Assembly (NCBI GenBank): GCA_050015675.1
Contig: JBEKAY010000017.1
Span: 2,581 to 66,580, forward strand
DNA from: Bacteroidota bacterium
GTDB taxonomy: Bacteria > Bacteroidota > Ignavibacteria > UBA10030
Reading direction: 5' to 3'
Length of the DNA: 64,000 bases
A program made the position numbers and the translations under genes. The notes below the pieces were generated by a model. It saw only the letters and a program-made list of their open reading frames with translations, was not told the DNA's origin and did not search any database. This document shows, piece by piece, positions 37,638 to 48,124 of the stretch (the stretch's first letter is position 1; the number at the start of each line of letters is the position of its first letter).

Positions 37638-38471
37638 TTAGTGGACATCGCCGGCGGTGTTCGCAAGAACGACATTGGACAGCACAGCGGTATCGGCCTT
37701 ATCCGGCAGATGCGAGCAGAAGCCAATGCCGACATAGAACGGCTCATCGATGTGCAACTGGATGGGAGCGCCGAATTGGTGCATTGGTTCATCGTTCATG
37801 CTGACGAAAAGCGTAAAGGAGTCGCCACGTTTTTCGATGCCGATGCGCTTAGCGTGTGCAATGACAAGGTCGTCCGGCGATTTGCCGCCAGGAAGACCGC
37901 CGCGACTACCGATGCGATACTCCATATCCTTGATACGTAAACCCTTCTCAGGACGCCATGCCAAATGTATCATACCTTCACCGTGCAAAGCGACAATAGC
38001 TTCTTTGGCATCGTCATCGAGGCTCTGGCGAATGACGAGAACGGCTTTGCGGTCGCCGAAGCCGAGCGAATCCGGATAGCTGATGTTTGCTGCCAGCGAA
38101 ACGTCGCCCGACATTTTCTTCCAGAGATAGCGGAATTCATCACGAACATACCACACGTTATAGCCAGCGGAGATGATAGTATACTGCTTCGTGGAGGAGT
38201 CGTAACTGGATCTGCCCTGCACCAGTGCACCCCCGACGTCGGACTGGCCCTCGAATATGCCAATTGATTTATTGGACGTCCTGGCGGATCGATGAAAATC
38301 TGACGGTGGTGATACTTGTTGATGCGTTGCGGATGCCGGCTGCGCCCAAGCGGGCACGACGGGCGTCTGCGCGGAGGCAAGATGCGGCGCTGCACACAGT
38401 ATTAAAGAGGGCAGCAAAATCTGTCGCGTGTTCTTTATCATACGGATATTCATATAAAAGTTACTTCCCAT
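37638..38471 (-). CDS. Secreted hypothetical protein (possible beta-sandwich fold)
   Basis: 277 aa. Signal peptide LLPSLILCAAPHLASAQ. The gene is visibly more G+C-rich than its surroundings, and multiple shadow ORFs occur on both strands. Confidence 0.65.
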   Translation of the reverse strand: MGSNFYMNIRMIKNTRQILLPSLILCAAPHLASAQTPVVPAWAQPASATHQQVSPPSDFHRSARTSNKSIGIFEGQSDVGGALVQGRSSYDSSTKQYTIISAGYNVWYVRDEFRYLWKKMSGDVSLAANISYPDSLGFGDRKAVLVIRQSLDDDAKEAIVALHGEGMIHLAWRPEKGLRIKDMEYRIGSRGGLPGGKSPDDLVIAHAKRIGIEKRGDSFTLFVSMNDEPMHQFGAPIQLHIDEPFYVGIGFCSHLPDKADTAVLSNVVLANTAGDVH

Positions 38472-38685
38472 ATTTTTAACAAGGTTGATTTACCGATGCC
38501 GTTTTTCCCAAACAAGCCGGAAATATTTCCGCGGTCAATGGATAACAATAATTTTCTGTACATATAGTAACGTAAAGTTAAAAACCTAATTTGAAATAGG
38601 TGGCAATATAATATACCAAAGCATAATGGATGAGCCTTTGTTTCGTTTTTTCTGGGGCGAAGTATCTATGACCAATTAAATATTG

Positions 38686-39795
38686 TTACTTTTGTTTCAC
38701 TATCTGTTCAATCACATCAAACATAATTTTTGCCGACTTATCCCATGTGAGTGATTGAGCGTATTCCAAAGCGCCTTTTGTTAGACGTGTGCGGAGGTGT
38801 TCGTCTCGAAGAAGAAGCAGAACTTTTTCCGCAAGCTGTTCGATGTTGCCGTATTCATAAAGCAATCCCGTCTCACCATCTTTCACGGCATCGCGCAAAC
38901 CGGGGACATCGCTTGCAACTGCAGGCGCACCGCATGCGTTTGCTTCTGTCACCGTCAATCCCCATCCTTCTTTTGCGGATGTATTTACGACTATTTGCAT
39001 TTGGTTGAGAATCCGGACTTTTTCTTCTAACGGAAGAAATCCGGTGAACGTTGTTGCATGGTCAACTTGAAGTTCATGCGAGAGCCGTTCAAACGCCGGC
39101 TTGCCGTCGCCTTCACCAATGATGACAAGCTTTGCTTCCGGCAAAACTTTTAAAACGATAGCAAAGGCACGTAGTAAATGATCGACGCTTTTGTATTTTT
39201 TTATTCTTCCCACATACCCAATAATTGGCTCAGTTCTTGTCACGCCGTTTAGTTGATGGTATGCTATATGGTTGACGGCGCAAGGAACGAGAAAAATATT
39301 TTCCCGCCGGCATCCGTGCGAAAGCAATTCTGTGCGCGTGCTTTCGGAGATTGCAACTAACGGAGTATTTCGATAGACCGAGCGAGCAAGCCGTTCTGCA
39401 CAATAGACATACGATGCTGCCGGAATAGAAGCTTCCTTATAGATACTTTTACCAAACAAGTGCATCACCATTCCCAGGAGCGGTTCTCGAACAAACATCG
39501 GCGTGTAGAATGGAATTTTATTGATGTCGTCGATAACAATGTCATAGTGCTCGCGGCGGAATTGCTTCCCGTACTCAATCGGAACGATATAATTAAACAA
39601 ATTACGGTTGCCTCTCCGCACAATCCGAATATCATCTATCACTTCTTCTCTCGGAGCACCGGAAAATTGTGTACATAAAAGCGTGATGTCATGCCCTTGT
39701 GCGGCAAGCCGCTTGAAAATTTGATGGAGGTACACCTCCGCGCCGCCGCCTTCAGGGTTCTTAATGTCTTGCCAATTTAAAAGGAGTATTTTCAT
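38686..39795 (-). CDS. Glycosyltransferase family 4 (GT-B, Glycos_transf_1)
   Basis: EGWGLTVTEANACGAPAVASDVPGLRDAV, an E-x7-E type motif. Confidence 0.85.
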   Translation of the reverse strand: MKILLLNWQDIKNPEGGGAEVYLHQIFKRLAAQGHDITLLCTQFSGAPREEVIDDIRIVRRGNRNLFNYIVPIEYGKQFRREHYDIVIDDINKIPFYTPMFVREPLLGMVMHLFGKSIYKEASIPAASYVYCAERLARSVYRNTPLVAISESTRTELLSHGCRRENIFLVPCAVNHIAYHQLNGVTRTEPIIGYVGRIKKYKSVDHLLRAFAIVLKVLPEAKLVIIGEGDGKPAFERLSHELQVDHATTFTGFLPLEEKVRILNQMQIVVNTSAKEGWGLTVTEANACGAPAVASDVPGLRDAVKDGETGLLYEYGNIEQLAEKVLLLLRDEHLRTRLTKGALEYAQSLTWDKSAKIMFDVIEQIVKQK

Positions 39796-39884
39796 TTGTT
39801 CTGGGTGTTGAAAAGTGTCTTCAATATTTCCACCATACCTTTATCCCCTCCTCTACGAGGAGGTGACATGGGGAGGAGTGCTTT

Positions 39885-40904
39885 TTAATTTGTGTGTTTC
39901 TTGAACCGCTTCATCTGATGTTCAACCATCATCTTCACAAGATCGGAAAACGATGTGCGCGGTGACCAGCCCAACTCTGTTTTTGCTTTCGTTGCGTCGG
40001 CGACGGTGGTGCCAGTTTCGGTCAGCCGGATGAACCGCGGATCGACAACAACGTGTTTCTGCCAATCCAAACCGACAAAACCAAACGCTTCTTCGCACAA
40101 TTGACGTACGGTTCGTATATCTCCGGTACCTATGACATAGGTCTCCGGTGTTTCATGCTGTAACATCAGCCACATTGCTTCCACATAATCGCCGGCAAAT
40201 CCCCAGTCACGTTTCGCATCTAAATTACCGAGGGCAATAATTCCGTCTTGCACGATAGGCTCACCTTGTTCATTCAAGTCCGGAGAGTTAAGAATTCCCA
40301 GTTTAATGCACGCTGCACCGTATGCCACCTTCTGCGTTAGGAAGTGCAATCCGCGCCGTGGACTTTCATGGTTGAAGAGAATGCCGCATGCAATAAAAAG
40401 CTTATAGCTTGTGTTGTAGATTTGCGCCATTGAATGCGCATAGAGTTTAGCGGCGCCGTAGGGATTAACGGGTTCAAACGGAGTATGTTCATTTTGCGGC
40501 ACAATCGTTGGTGTGCCAAACATTTCGGATGAAGAAGCTTGGTAAATCCGGCAATCCGGTTTTGTATTTCGCACAGCTTCATAAACCCGTTGCGCGCCAA
40601 CGCCTGTTATTTCCGCTGTTTCGATGGCAAGCCGCCACGATTCGCCTGGATATGATTGGGCTGCAAGGTTATAAATTTCATCAGGCTGATACAAACGAAT
40701 AGTTTCCATGATGGAACCCATGTCCAACAAATCTCCATAGGCAATATTTATTCTATTGGAGAGGTGTGCAATGAGTGAACTCGACAGTTCAATGGACCTG
40801 AGCATCAATCCAACTACCTTGTAATTTTTAGAAAGGAGGAACTCGGTAAGATAAGAACCATCTTGTCCCGCAATGCCAATGATGAGTGCTGTTTTTTGTT
40901 TCAT
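39885..40904 (-). CDS. gmd: GDP-mannose 4,6-dehydratase
   Basis: GIAGQDGSYLTEFLL N-terminal motif, with SDR-extended YxxxK context (YGAAKLY). Confidence 0.95.
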   Translation of the reverse strand: MKQKTALIIGIAGQDGSYLTEFLLSKNYKVVGLMLRSIELSSSLIAHLSNRINIAYGDLLDMGSIMETIRLYQPDEIYNLAAQSYPGESWRLAIETAEITGVGAQRVYEAVRNTKPDCRIYQASSSEMFGTPTIVPQNEHTPFEPVNPYGAAKLYAHSMAQIYNTSYKLFIACGILFNHESPRRGLHFLTQKVAYGAACIKLGILNSPDLNEQGEPIVQDGIIALGNLDAKRDWGFAGDYVEAMWLMLQHETPETYVIGTGDIRTVRQLCEEAFGFVGLDWQKHVVVDPRFIRLTETGTTVADATKAKTELGWSPRTSFSDLVKMMVEHQMKRFKKHTN

Positions 40905-40977
40905 AGTATTTTTCTTTTCTTCAGGGATTATACAACATGAAAATTCACAGCCAATGTATGAGGAAAAGCGTTGAACT

Positions 40978-42147
40978 TCAAGGAGTTTCAGGCGGGTTCA
41001 TAAATGAAAATGACTGGCAAATTTCGTCGCATATGAGATACCCTTTTGCAGTGAGCCGGAATCGTCCGCTTTCTATCCGTGCACGTCCTTGTTGAATTAG
41101 TTCGGCGATAATAGATGAATTTTCTATTAAAAGATCGCATGCAAAACGCCGGCGAAATTGTTCAAAGTCAATTCCTTCACTTCGCAAGCCGAGAAAGATC
41201 GCCTCTTCCATCAATTTTGTTTCGGTCAGATGTTCGCCTCCTGCTAATGGTAATATGTGCTTGTTCAATTGTTCGATGTAAGAGGCAATGTTTGAAACAT
41301 TCCACCAGCGTTCACTTTTCCAAAATGAATGCGCCGATGGACCGAAGCTGAGATAATTTGAATGGTTCCAGTAGTTGAGGTTATGCAGGCATTTGAAATT
41401 TGGCTTCGCAAAATTTGATACTTCATATTGCTCGAAGCCATGAGAGGTGAGAAAATCAATTGTAAATTCATATAATTCGGCGTCACTATCGGTATTGAGC
41501 GGCGTCACTTGTTCCGATTGAACCATATTGAAGAGCGGTGTCCCGGATTCAATAATGAGACTGTAGCATGAAATGTGGGTCGGTTGAAGTTCGATGGATT
41601 GTTCCAGATTTGATTTCCATCGCTGCAAAGATTGGTGAGGTAAAGAGAAAATTAAATCAAAGCTGACATTTTTAAATCCTGACGTGTACGCGTCGAGCAC
41701 GCATTCCTTCGCTTCGGATGCTGTATGGATGCGTGTCAGAAATCTCAGGTCATCGTCATAAAAGGATTGAATGCCCATGCTGATTCGGTTGATACCGGCG
41801 GAATGGAACGCTTTGAGCTTTTGCTTATTTACAGTTCCTGGATTTGTTTCTAACGTGATTTCTGCATTTGTTTGGATCGAGAAACGTGATGCAAGAAGGT
41901 TCAGGATCTTTTCTATTTCGGACGGATGAAGGAGGGACGGTGTTCCACCTCCAAAGAAAATTGTCTCGACTGGTTCGTGAAAACGTTTATCTTCTGCACG
42001 CAGTCGGATTTCCGTTTTCAGCGCAGAAAGAAATCCGTCAAGCAGCGAAGTGTGTGTCTCTCCCGATTCAGCCGGAGCAATCGAATAGAAATCGCAGTAA
42101 ATGCATTTATGCTCGCAGAAGGGAATATGGAGATAAAGAGAAGCCAT
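40978..42147 (-). CDS. hemW: Radical SAM heme chaperone HemW (HemN-like)
   Basis: LYLHIPFCEHKCIYCDF (CxxxCxxC), and a length typical of HemW. Confidence 0.9.
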   Translation of the reverse strand: MASLYLHIPFCEHKCIYCDFYSIAPAESGETHTSLLDGFLSALKTEIRLRAEDKRFHEPVETIFFGGGTPSLLHPSEIEKILNLLASRFSIQTNAEITLETNPGTVNKQKLKAFHSAGINRISMGIQSFYDDDLRFLTRIHTASEAKECVLDAYTSGFKNVSFDLIFSLPHQSLQRWKSNLEQSIELQPTHISCYSLIIESGTPLFNMVQSEQVTPLNTDSDAELYEFTIDFLTSHGFEQYEVSNFAKPNFKCLHNLNYWNHSNYLSFGPSAHSFWKSERWWNVSNIASYIEQLNKHILPLAGGEHLTETKLMEEAIFLGLRSEGIDFEQFRRRFACDLLIENSSIIAELIQQGRARIESGRFRLTAKGYLICDEICQSFSFMNPPETP

Positions 42148-42303
42148 GTGAAAATTTCAATTTATTGATATTTCAGTTCATCACACGATCAGAACATAAA
42201 ATTCGTGAGAGTTCTATTTTATTGTGTCGTGAATGTAAAATGAGTAAATGATGTTACATACTGTATATTCCTTATCAAAGGATTATAGCTTTTTAAATAG
42301 TTG

Positions 42304-42358
42304 TCCACCTCCCCTTCCCGACACGGCATTAAGTCGTGTCGGGATTAAGGGGTGGTGT
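42304..42358. repeat. Nested GC-rich hairpin
   Basis: The inner stem is CCCGACACG...CGTGTCGGG (42317-42343). The outer stem CCACCTCCCCTT / AAGGGGTGGTG is imperfect. Confidence 0.5.
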
Positions 42359-42586
42359 ACTTTGTTCTATTACATTCCATGTTAATCAGCGTATAAGATA
42401 GTTTCGCGTAACATCAGTGATGTAATAAATATTATCGAAAGGTACAAACCTGTTATCACAAATCATAGACATAGTTGCATGTTCAACACACTCTTTTATG
42501 TCGTCTCGTATTTTGTCTTTTCTCCGAAAAACTTTCTATATTCTCTTAGTACTCTATATCTTTTACAAGCGAATGAAGTCCCAACT

Positions 42587-42853
42587 ATGTCAACTAAACC
42601 TCCCGCATCAGTTATAGAATCTCCGGCAGAGTCTCTTGAAAAACTTGCTTACAATGCCGTTGCAGAAATTCCAACAGAGGAACCGAACGACCGCAACCGT
42701 CTTGGATATTGCCTCTGGGGCTGGTTGAGTGAACGGCGCGGAACACTTCTACAAACTATCAGTGCAGCAGGTGCACACAGTTCGCTTACATCAGAAGAAA
42801 TTTATGATATTATTCGTAAACAACTTGAGGAAAAAGGAATTAAAGTATCTTAA
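42587..42853 (+). CDS. Small hypothetical protein (88 aa)
   Basis: I prefer the internal ATG 42587 (MSTKPPASVIESP...), because the upstream part of the track ORF is low-complexity F/Y/L. No motif was recognised. Confidence 0.4.
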   Translation: MSTKPPASVIESPAESLEKLAYNAVAEIPTEEPNDRNRLGYCLWGWLSERRGTLLQTISAAGAHSSLTSEEIYDIIRKQLEEKGIKVS

Positions 42854-43041
42854 TAACACATATCCGCAAAAGAGAAATTGTTCTGTGAAATTCTAAATAA
42901 CAAGAAACAAAACCCCAACAAGCTACACTCTCAAACATTTTATTTTAAAAAAGGATTTTTAGTGATTGGAATTTGAAATTTGTTTGTTCTTTTAGAATTT
43001 TATTACACCTTAAATAATGTGTGCTAAGAATTGAGAGGTCT

Positions 43042-43635
43042 ATGCATTACGATTTTAAAATATTTGTTCTTTCATTTATCCCGATCTTTGTTGCTATTGA
43101 TGTGCTCGGGTTAGTTCCGATCTTTCTTTCACTCACGAGTGGTATGAAACCTCTAGAGAAAAAGAAATTGATCACAGATGCGACATTTACTGCACTGGCT
43201 GTTTCTCTGGTATTTCTTTTTGGCGGTAGAATGATTTTTAATTTTCTCGGGATCACTGAAAACGATTTTCGTGTCGGCGGTGGGATTGTTCTCTTGGTGC
43301 TTGCCGTTATCGACCTTACCGTTACCGGTGAGAAAACTCGGGCGCCCCAGACATCCGTTGGTGTCGTTCCTATTGGTATCCCGCTTATCATTGGCCCTGC
43401 CGTACTCACGACGCTGCTGATTATTGTCGATGCATACGGGTATCTTGCAGCTGTGATCGGGCTGTTGGCAAATCTTTTTCTTGTCTGGTTGATTTTCCGG
43501 AATTCCGATTACATCATTCGTGTTATGGGAGAAGCAGGATCGAAGGCGTTTGCAAAAGTTGCCGCACTCTTTATGGCAGCAATCGCGATTATGATGATCC
43601 GTATTGGACTGACAGCTATGATTGCAGCAAAGTAA
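43042..43635 (+). CDS. MarC family (UPF0056) integral membrane protein
   Basis: Six hydrophobic segments and the typical MarC N-terminus FIPIFVAIDVLGLVPIFLSL. ATG 43042 has GAGAGG upstream. The track start at 43021 is a GTG. Confidence 0.8.
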   Translation: MHYDFKIFVLSFIPIFVAIDVLGLVPIFLSLTSGMKPLEKKKLITDATFTALAVSLVFLFGGRMIFNFLGITENDFRVGGGIVLLVLAVIDLTVTGEKTRAPQTSVGVVPIGIPLIIGPAVLTTLLIIVDAYGYLAAVIGLLANLFLVWLIFRNSDYIIRVMGEAGSKAFAKVAALFMAAIAIMMIRIGLTAMIAAK

Positions 43636-43709
43636 ATCTCCGCTGCTATTCTGAATTGAAAGGTAACGATGCGCTGTTCCTAACCGTAAACTTATAGTGA
43701 GATAATAAA

Positions 43710-44501
43710 ATGAACTTCGGACTGAATAATAAAATAGCAATCGTAACGGCAGCAAGTCAGGGACTTGGCAAAGCATCAGCGATGGCGCTGGCACAGGAAG
43801 GTGCAACAATTGTTATTAGCTCGCGTCGTCAGAAAGAAATTGTCGAAGCTGCAAAAGAAATTCATGAAACGACAGGCGCGACGATTGTACCCATGGTAGC
43901 TGATGTTTTGAAGTTGGAAGACATTAAACGATTAGTATTGGAAACGAAACAGCAATTCGGCACCATCCATGTTCTCGTCAATAATGCCGGTGGCCCGCCG
44001 ACCGGGTCGATTTCATCGCTCACCGATGAAGATTGGCACAAAGGTCACGAGTTGACATTGATGAGCATGGTACGATTGACGCGGGAAATTTTACCGATGA
44101 TGGTTCAACAGAAGTGGGGAAGGATTATCACTATCACATCGATTGCTGCGAAACAACCGATTAACGAACTGCTTCTTTCTTCTGCGATTCGTCCGGGAAT
44201 TCTTGGACTCACAAAAGTGCTTGCGAACCTCCATGCAAAAGATAACATTACTATCAATACAATTTGCCCTGGAAATATTCTTACACAAAGGCAAGAAGAA
44301 TTGAGCACTTCTCGCGCAAAGCAAAAGAATATGACGTTAGATGAATATCTTAAGGAAATAGCGAGTGCGATACCGGCCGGGCGCCTGGGAAAACCTGAAG
44401 AGATCGGCAATACAGTTGCGTTCTTAGCTTCTGATCAGGCAAGCTACATCAATGGTGTAAATCTTTTAGTTGATGGCAGTGCGGCAAAAGGAATTTATTG
44501 A
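43710..44501 (+). CDS. SDR-family oxidoreductase
   Basis: VTAASQGLGKA dinucleotide motif, NNAGG motif, and 263 aa. Confidence 0.85.
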   Translation: MNFGLNNKIAIVTAASQGLGKASAMALAQEGATIVISSRRQKEIVEAAKEIHETTGATIVPMVADVLKLEDIKRLVLETKQQFGTIHVLVNNAGGPPTGSISSLTDEDWHKGHELTLMSMVRLTREILPMMVQQKWGRIITITSIAAKQPINELLLSSAIRPGILGLTKVLANLHAKDNITINTICPGNILTQRQEELSTSRAKQKNMTLDEYLKEIASAIPAGRLGKPEEIGNTVAFLASDQASYINGVNLLVDGSAAKGIY

Positions 44502-44545
44502 ATAAAAACGTCGGTCTTTTTATCGAAACAAAATATATCCCTACA

Positions 44546-45022
44546 TTATTTTATACGAACGTAATCGATGAAGGAGAATCCAATATTGTATTCTTGATTC
44601 ACGAGTCTGAAGTTTTTTTGTACGTAATCTTCGTATGGCGGAAAGAATGTATCGCCGTCCACATCCCTATCGACCAGAGTCAAGCGCAATTCGTCAGCTA
44701 ACTTCAGAGCATCTGCAAATAGCCGCCCTCCACCGATGACGAACACCTCCTTCTTGCTGCTTAACGCTTGCAAGGCGAAATCTAATGAAGGATAGCTCGT
44801 TACACCGTTGATGACGTTTGAAGTGATGACTATATTGACGCGATTGGATAGCGGTCTGTCAAGTGAATCATATGTTTTGCGTCCCATAATAACGGTATGG
44901 CCGGTTGTAAGCTGTTTGAATCGGGCAAGGTCTTCGGGAATGTGCCACGGCACAGTTCCATTCTTGCCAATGACTCGATTATTGGCAATGGCGGCGATGA
45001 TAATGAGTTTCATCTGATTCAC
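44546..45022 (-). CDS. folA: Dihydrofolate reductase
   Basis: IAAIANNRVIGKNGTVPWHIPEDLARFKQLTTGHTVIMGRKTYDS. Confidence 0.9.
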   Translation of the reverse strand: MNQMKLIIIAAIANNRVIGKNGTVPWHIPEDLARFKQLTTGHTVIMGRKTYDSLDRPLSNRVNIVITSNVINGVTSYPSLDFALQALSSKKEVFVIGGGRLFADALKLADELRLTLVDRDVDGDTFFPPYEDYVQKNFRLVNQEYNIGFSFIDYVRIK

Positions 45023-45080
45023 TTTCCGTTCCGATTGATTTTATCGATCGGCGCGCGGGATTGGCTTATTTCTTTTTTAT

Positions 45081-46010
45081 TTACGATTCAAGCCAGGGAG
45101 GTCGAATGCCAAGCAGCGCGAGCTTTTGTTCTATCTCGCTGCGTTCAAGATTGAACTTTATCTTTTCACCATCCGGTGGAAGGAACCCAAATTGAACTGC
45201 TAGTGCTCGTGCGCCATCCGCGTCGCCAGCTTGCAAACGTGCAATGATTTCAATTTCTTGTCTCGATAATTCCATTGCATCGAATTGATAATCTTTGAAT
45301 GCTTCCCACACCATCGGACACCACCTGCCAACAATTTCGTTGCCGATAGTAGTTGCATACGTGCGTATTTCCAATTGTGCATGTTGTTCCATTCGAAGCA
45401 TAAGAAAATGGAGAAGATTGTGCAGATTCGTTTTCCAATACGCTTCGGTATAAGTGCTCAGCGGCAAATCCTTGCGTGCCTGTTCGCGTGCAAGCCCGGC
45501 TTCGATACGTTCGTTGTACACTGTACGGGCAAGTTCCTGCAATTCATGCTCGCGTGCTGAAAAAATTTTGCCTTTGTCAAGTTCGAAAAATCCCTCACTT
45601 CCTTGCCTGTTACTCGATGCTTGCATACGCCATCCATCCGGTTTGGTATTATGCGCAGCGTCGATGGCGAGTGAGTAGCGGGTAGAATATTCGTTGACGC
45701 TTGCTGTGCGGTGTCGAATCCATTGTCGCCAGCAATCCATCGGTACGCGGACGTGCAATTTGATCTCGCACATTTCCAACGGTGATGTGTGATGATGGCG
45801 TATCAAATAGCGGATGAGCCCTTCATCTTCTCGGAGCTTCTTTGTTCCTTTTCCATACGATACACGTGCGGCTTGAACGATGGAAGAATCAGATCCCATA
45901 TAGTCGATGACGCGCACAAAACCGTCATTCAACACGTTGAAAGGAACACCAAGGATTTTATCTAATTCCGGGACGTTTGTGCGTTCAAGTTTTTCAAAAG
46001 TTTGTTCCAT
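45081..46010 (-). CDS. thyX: FAD-dependent thymidylate synthase
   Basis: ThyX signature RHRTASVNEYSTRY (RHRxxS). Confidence 0.9.
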   Translation of the reverse strand: MEQTFEKLERTNVPELDKILGVPFNVLNDGFVRVIDYMGSDSSIVQAARVSYGKGTKKLREDEGLIRYLIRHHHTSPLEMCEIKLHVRVPMDCWRQWIRHRTASVNEYSTRYSLAIDAAHNTKPDGWRMQASSNRQGSEGFFELDKGKIFSAREHELQELARTVYNERIEAGLAREQARKDLPLSTYTEAYWKTNLHNLLHFLMLRMEQHAQLEIRTYATTIGNEIVGRWCPMVWEAFKDYQFDAMELSRQEIEIIARLQAGDADGARALAVQFGFLPPDGEKIKFNLERSEIEQKLALLGIRPPWLES

Positions 46011-46054
46011 TGTATCCTGTTAAAGAAATGTTGAAGATATGTAGAACCACAATA

Positions 46055-46981
46055 CTAAAGCGCGTAGTTGAGCATCTTTGAAACTAATTTTGCCGTTGTG
46101 ACATCGGCATGGTGCAATCCCTTAATTGGCGCCAGCTCAACAACATCAAAACCGACAATGTGCCTTTTGCGAGCAACCTTACGGAGACATTGCATCACTT
46201 CATCCCAAAGTAAACCGTTTGGCTCTGGCGTTCCTGTCGCCGGCATTATGGATGGATCAAATGCATCAATATCGAATGAGATATACACATTTTCAGAAAG
46301 TTTTTCCACAACGAAATCATCCCAATACTTCAGCACTCTTGTGTAATTGCCGCGGCGAATCTCGTGCGCATAAAATGTATGGATTCCATGATCGCGTATG
46401 AATTCTGCTTCTTCCTTACATTGCGCGCGAATGCCGACTTGCACAAGATGGCGTGGATCGAGGTATTCGCATACTCTCGCCATCACCGATGCATGGCTGT
46501 ACTTATTTCCCAAATAATCGGCACGGAGATCGGAGTGTGCATCGAACTGAAGGACAGAAAGATTTGGATACAATTTCGCGTGAGCGGCAATCGTTGAGGA
46601 AGAAATCGAATGTTCTCCGCCAATCGTCACCACAAACTTTTGTCGTTCTACCATTTCAAACACGGTGTCGTAAATGAGCTGCAGAGCAGTTTCATCCTTT
46701 TTCTTTTCGAAGACAAGAGGCGAAAGAGTTGCTATACCATGTTCCCTAAAAATTTCACGTTTTGTCTCTTCGTCAAAAAACTCAACTTGCCGCGATGCCT
46801 TTAAAATTGCTTCCGGGCCGTTCTTGGTTCCGGTACCGTAGCTCACTGTATGTTCATACGGTGCCGGCAGAATGACGACTTTTGAGGTTTCAAATGCAGA
46901 ATATTGTTTTTCGATACCGAGAAAGTTTCGTTTGATATCGAGTGCTTTTACCATAGTGCCTTCTCCAAAATTGTGCTTCAA
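46055..46981 (-). CDS. speB: Agmatinase (ureohydrolase family)
   Basis: Manganese-ligand motifs GGEHS, DAHSDLR and SFDIDAFDP. Confidence 0.85.
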   Translation of the reverse strand: MKHNFGEGTMVKALDIKRNFLGIEKQYSAFETSKVVILPAPYEHTVSYGTGTKNGPEAILKASRQVEFFDEETKREIFREHGIATLSPLVFEKKKDETALQLIYDTVFEMVERQKFVVTIGGEHSISSSTIAAHAKLYPNLSVLQFDAHSDLRADYLGNKYSHASVMARVCEYLDPRHLVQVGIRAQCKEEAEFIRDHGIHTFYAHEIRRGNYTRVLKYWDDFVVEKLSENVYISFDIDAFDPSIMPATGTPEPNGLLWDEVMQCLRKVARKRHIVGFDVVELAPIKGLHHADVTTAKLVSKMLNYAL

Positions 46982-47064
46982 TATATCTCAAACCTGATGG
47001 AAAAGCAAGCTTGACCTGCGCTTGATAAAGTGGACTTTTGTTCCGATAATATCACCACGACATT

Positions 47065-47592
47065 ATGAACATATCAATCTCAATCAGAATTTACATTATC
47101 ATTACATTTCTTGTCGCTTTCTGGTGTGCGGGAATTCTTGCCGCACCTGTGCTTCAGCATGCAGGGCTGCACGGCAGTGCAGATGTTGTGTACTCCATTT
47201 TCTCACGCATCTGTCATCAGAGCGATGCGCGTTCATTTCATGTTGAAGGAGAAAAGTTTGGCGTGTGCATTCGATGCTCTGCAATTTATTTTGGGTTTCT
47301 TGCAGGATTGCTGTTCATGCTATTGTCAGGTGCACTGAAGAGGATACGCATTCCGGAACCGATGCTGATAATTGCGGTCATTATTCCCATGCTTGTTGAC
47401 GTGGTGTTAAACGATACCGGTCTTCATACCAGCACAACGATGACCCGTGTAGCAACCGGTTTGTTATTCGGCGGCGTGATGCCGTGGTGTATCGTTCCTC
47501 TTCTTATCGAGGCATGTTCACAGTTGATTCATAAAAAGAAAATTCATTCACCAGATTCTGGAGTATGTACGTATGATCGAAAAACCCAGTAA
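47065..47592 (+). CDS. DUF2085-like membrane protein
   Basis: ICHQ...RSF...GVCIRCSAIY motif pattern with four TM segments. Confidence 0.7.
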   Translation: MNISISIRIYIIITFLVAFWCAGILAAPVLQHAGLHGSADVVYSIFSRICHQSDARSFHVEGEKFGVCIRCSAIYFGFLAGLLFMLLSGALKRIRIPEPMLIIAVIIPMLVDVVLNDTGLHTSTTMTRVATGLLFGGVMPWCIVPLLIEACSQLIHKKKIHSPDSGVCTYDRKTQ

Positions 47593-48118
47593 ACTACGCT
47601 CAGCCATTCTTGGCGGACTCATCATCGGTGCGATCTCAGGCATCCCGGGCTTAAACCTGCTTAATTGCTGTTGTTGCGCAGGAATTCTCCTGGGCGGTGC
47701 GATGTCGGTGTATCTTTATAGGAAGGAATTCACAAATGAAATGCCGCCGATGGAATCATCCGATGCGCTGATCTTGGGAATCATAGCCGGTATTGTCGGC
47801 GCACTCATTACTACTTCCCTCAGTGCGATGATTACTCTGATTCTCGGTCCGGTAGAAACGGAGATGATGCGCAACTTCATGGAGAAGTTAACGCAGAAGT
47901 TGGAAGACCGCGGATCTATTCCGCAGGGCACATTGGATAATATGCGCGATCAATTTGAACAAGCGATCAAGGAGGGAGGCACCATCGGCGGGATCCTTCG
48001 ATCCCTCATCTATGCGTTGATTCTCTATCCGATTTTTTCCATGCTTGGCGGACTTATTGGTTTTGGAATTTATGGGAAGAAGAAATCGACAGTTCCGCAA
48101 CAGCCGCCGTTGCAGTAA
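47573..48118 (+). CDS. Hypothetical membrane protein
   Basis: 181 aa. Overlaps the upstream gene by 20 nt. Has 3-4 hydrophobic helices. Confidence 0.6.
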   Translation: MIEKPSKLRSAILGGLIIGAISGIPGLNLLNCCCCAGILLGGAMSVYLYRKEFTNEMPPMESSDALILGIIAGIVGALITTSLSAMITLILGPVETEMMRNFMEKLTQKLEDRGSIPQGTLDNMRDQFEQAIKEGGTIGGILRSLIYALILYPIFSMLGGLIGFGIYGKKKSTVPQQPPLQ

Positions 48119-48124
48119 ATAGTA

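Noticed and set aside
37502-38479. Five plus-strand ORFs and a second minus-strand ORF across the G+C-rich islet.
   Set aside because: These are typical high-GC shadow frames. Only the 277-aa minus-strand frame has a signal peptide and spans the whole region.
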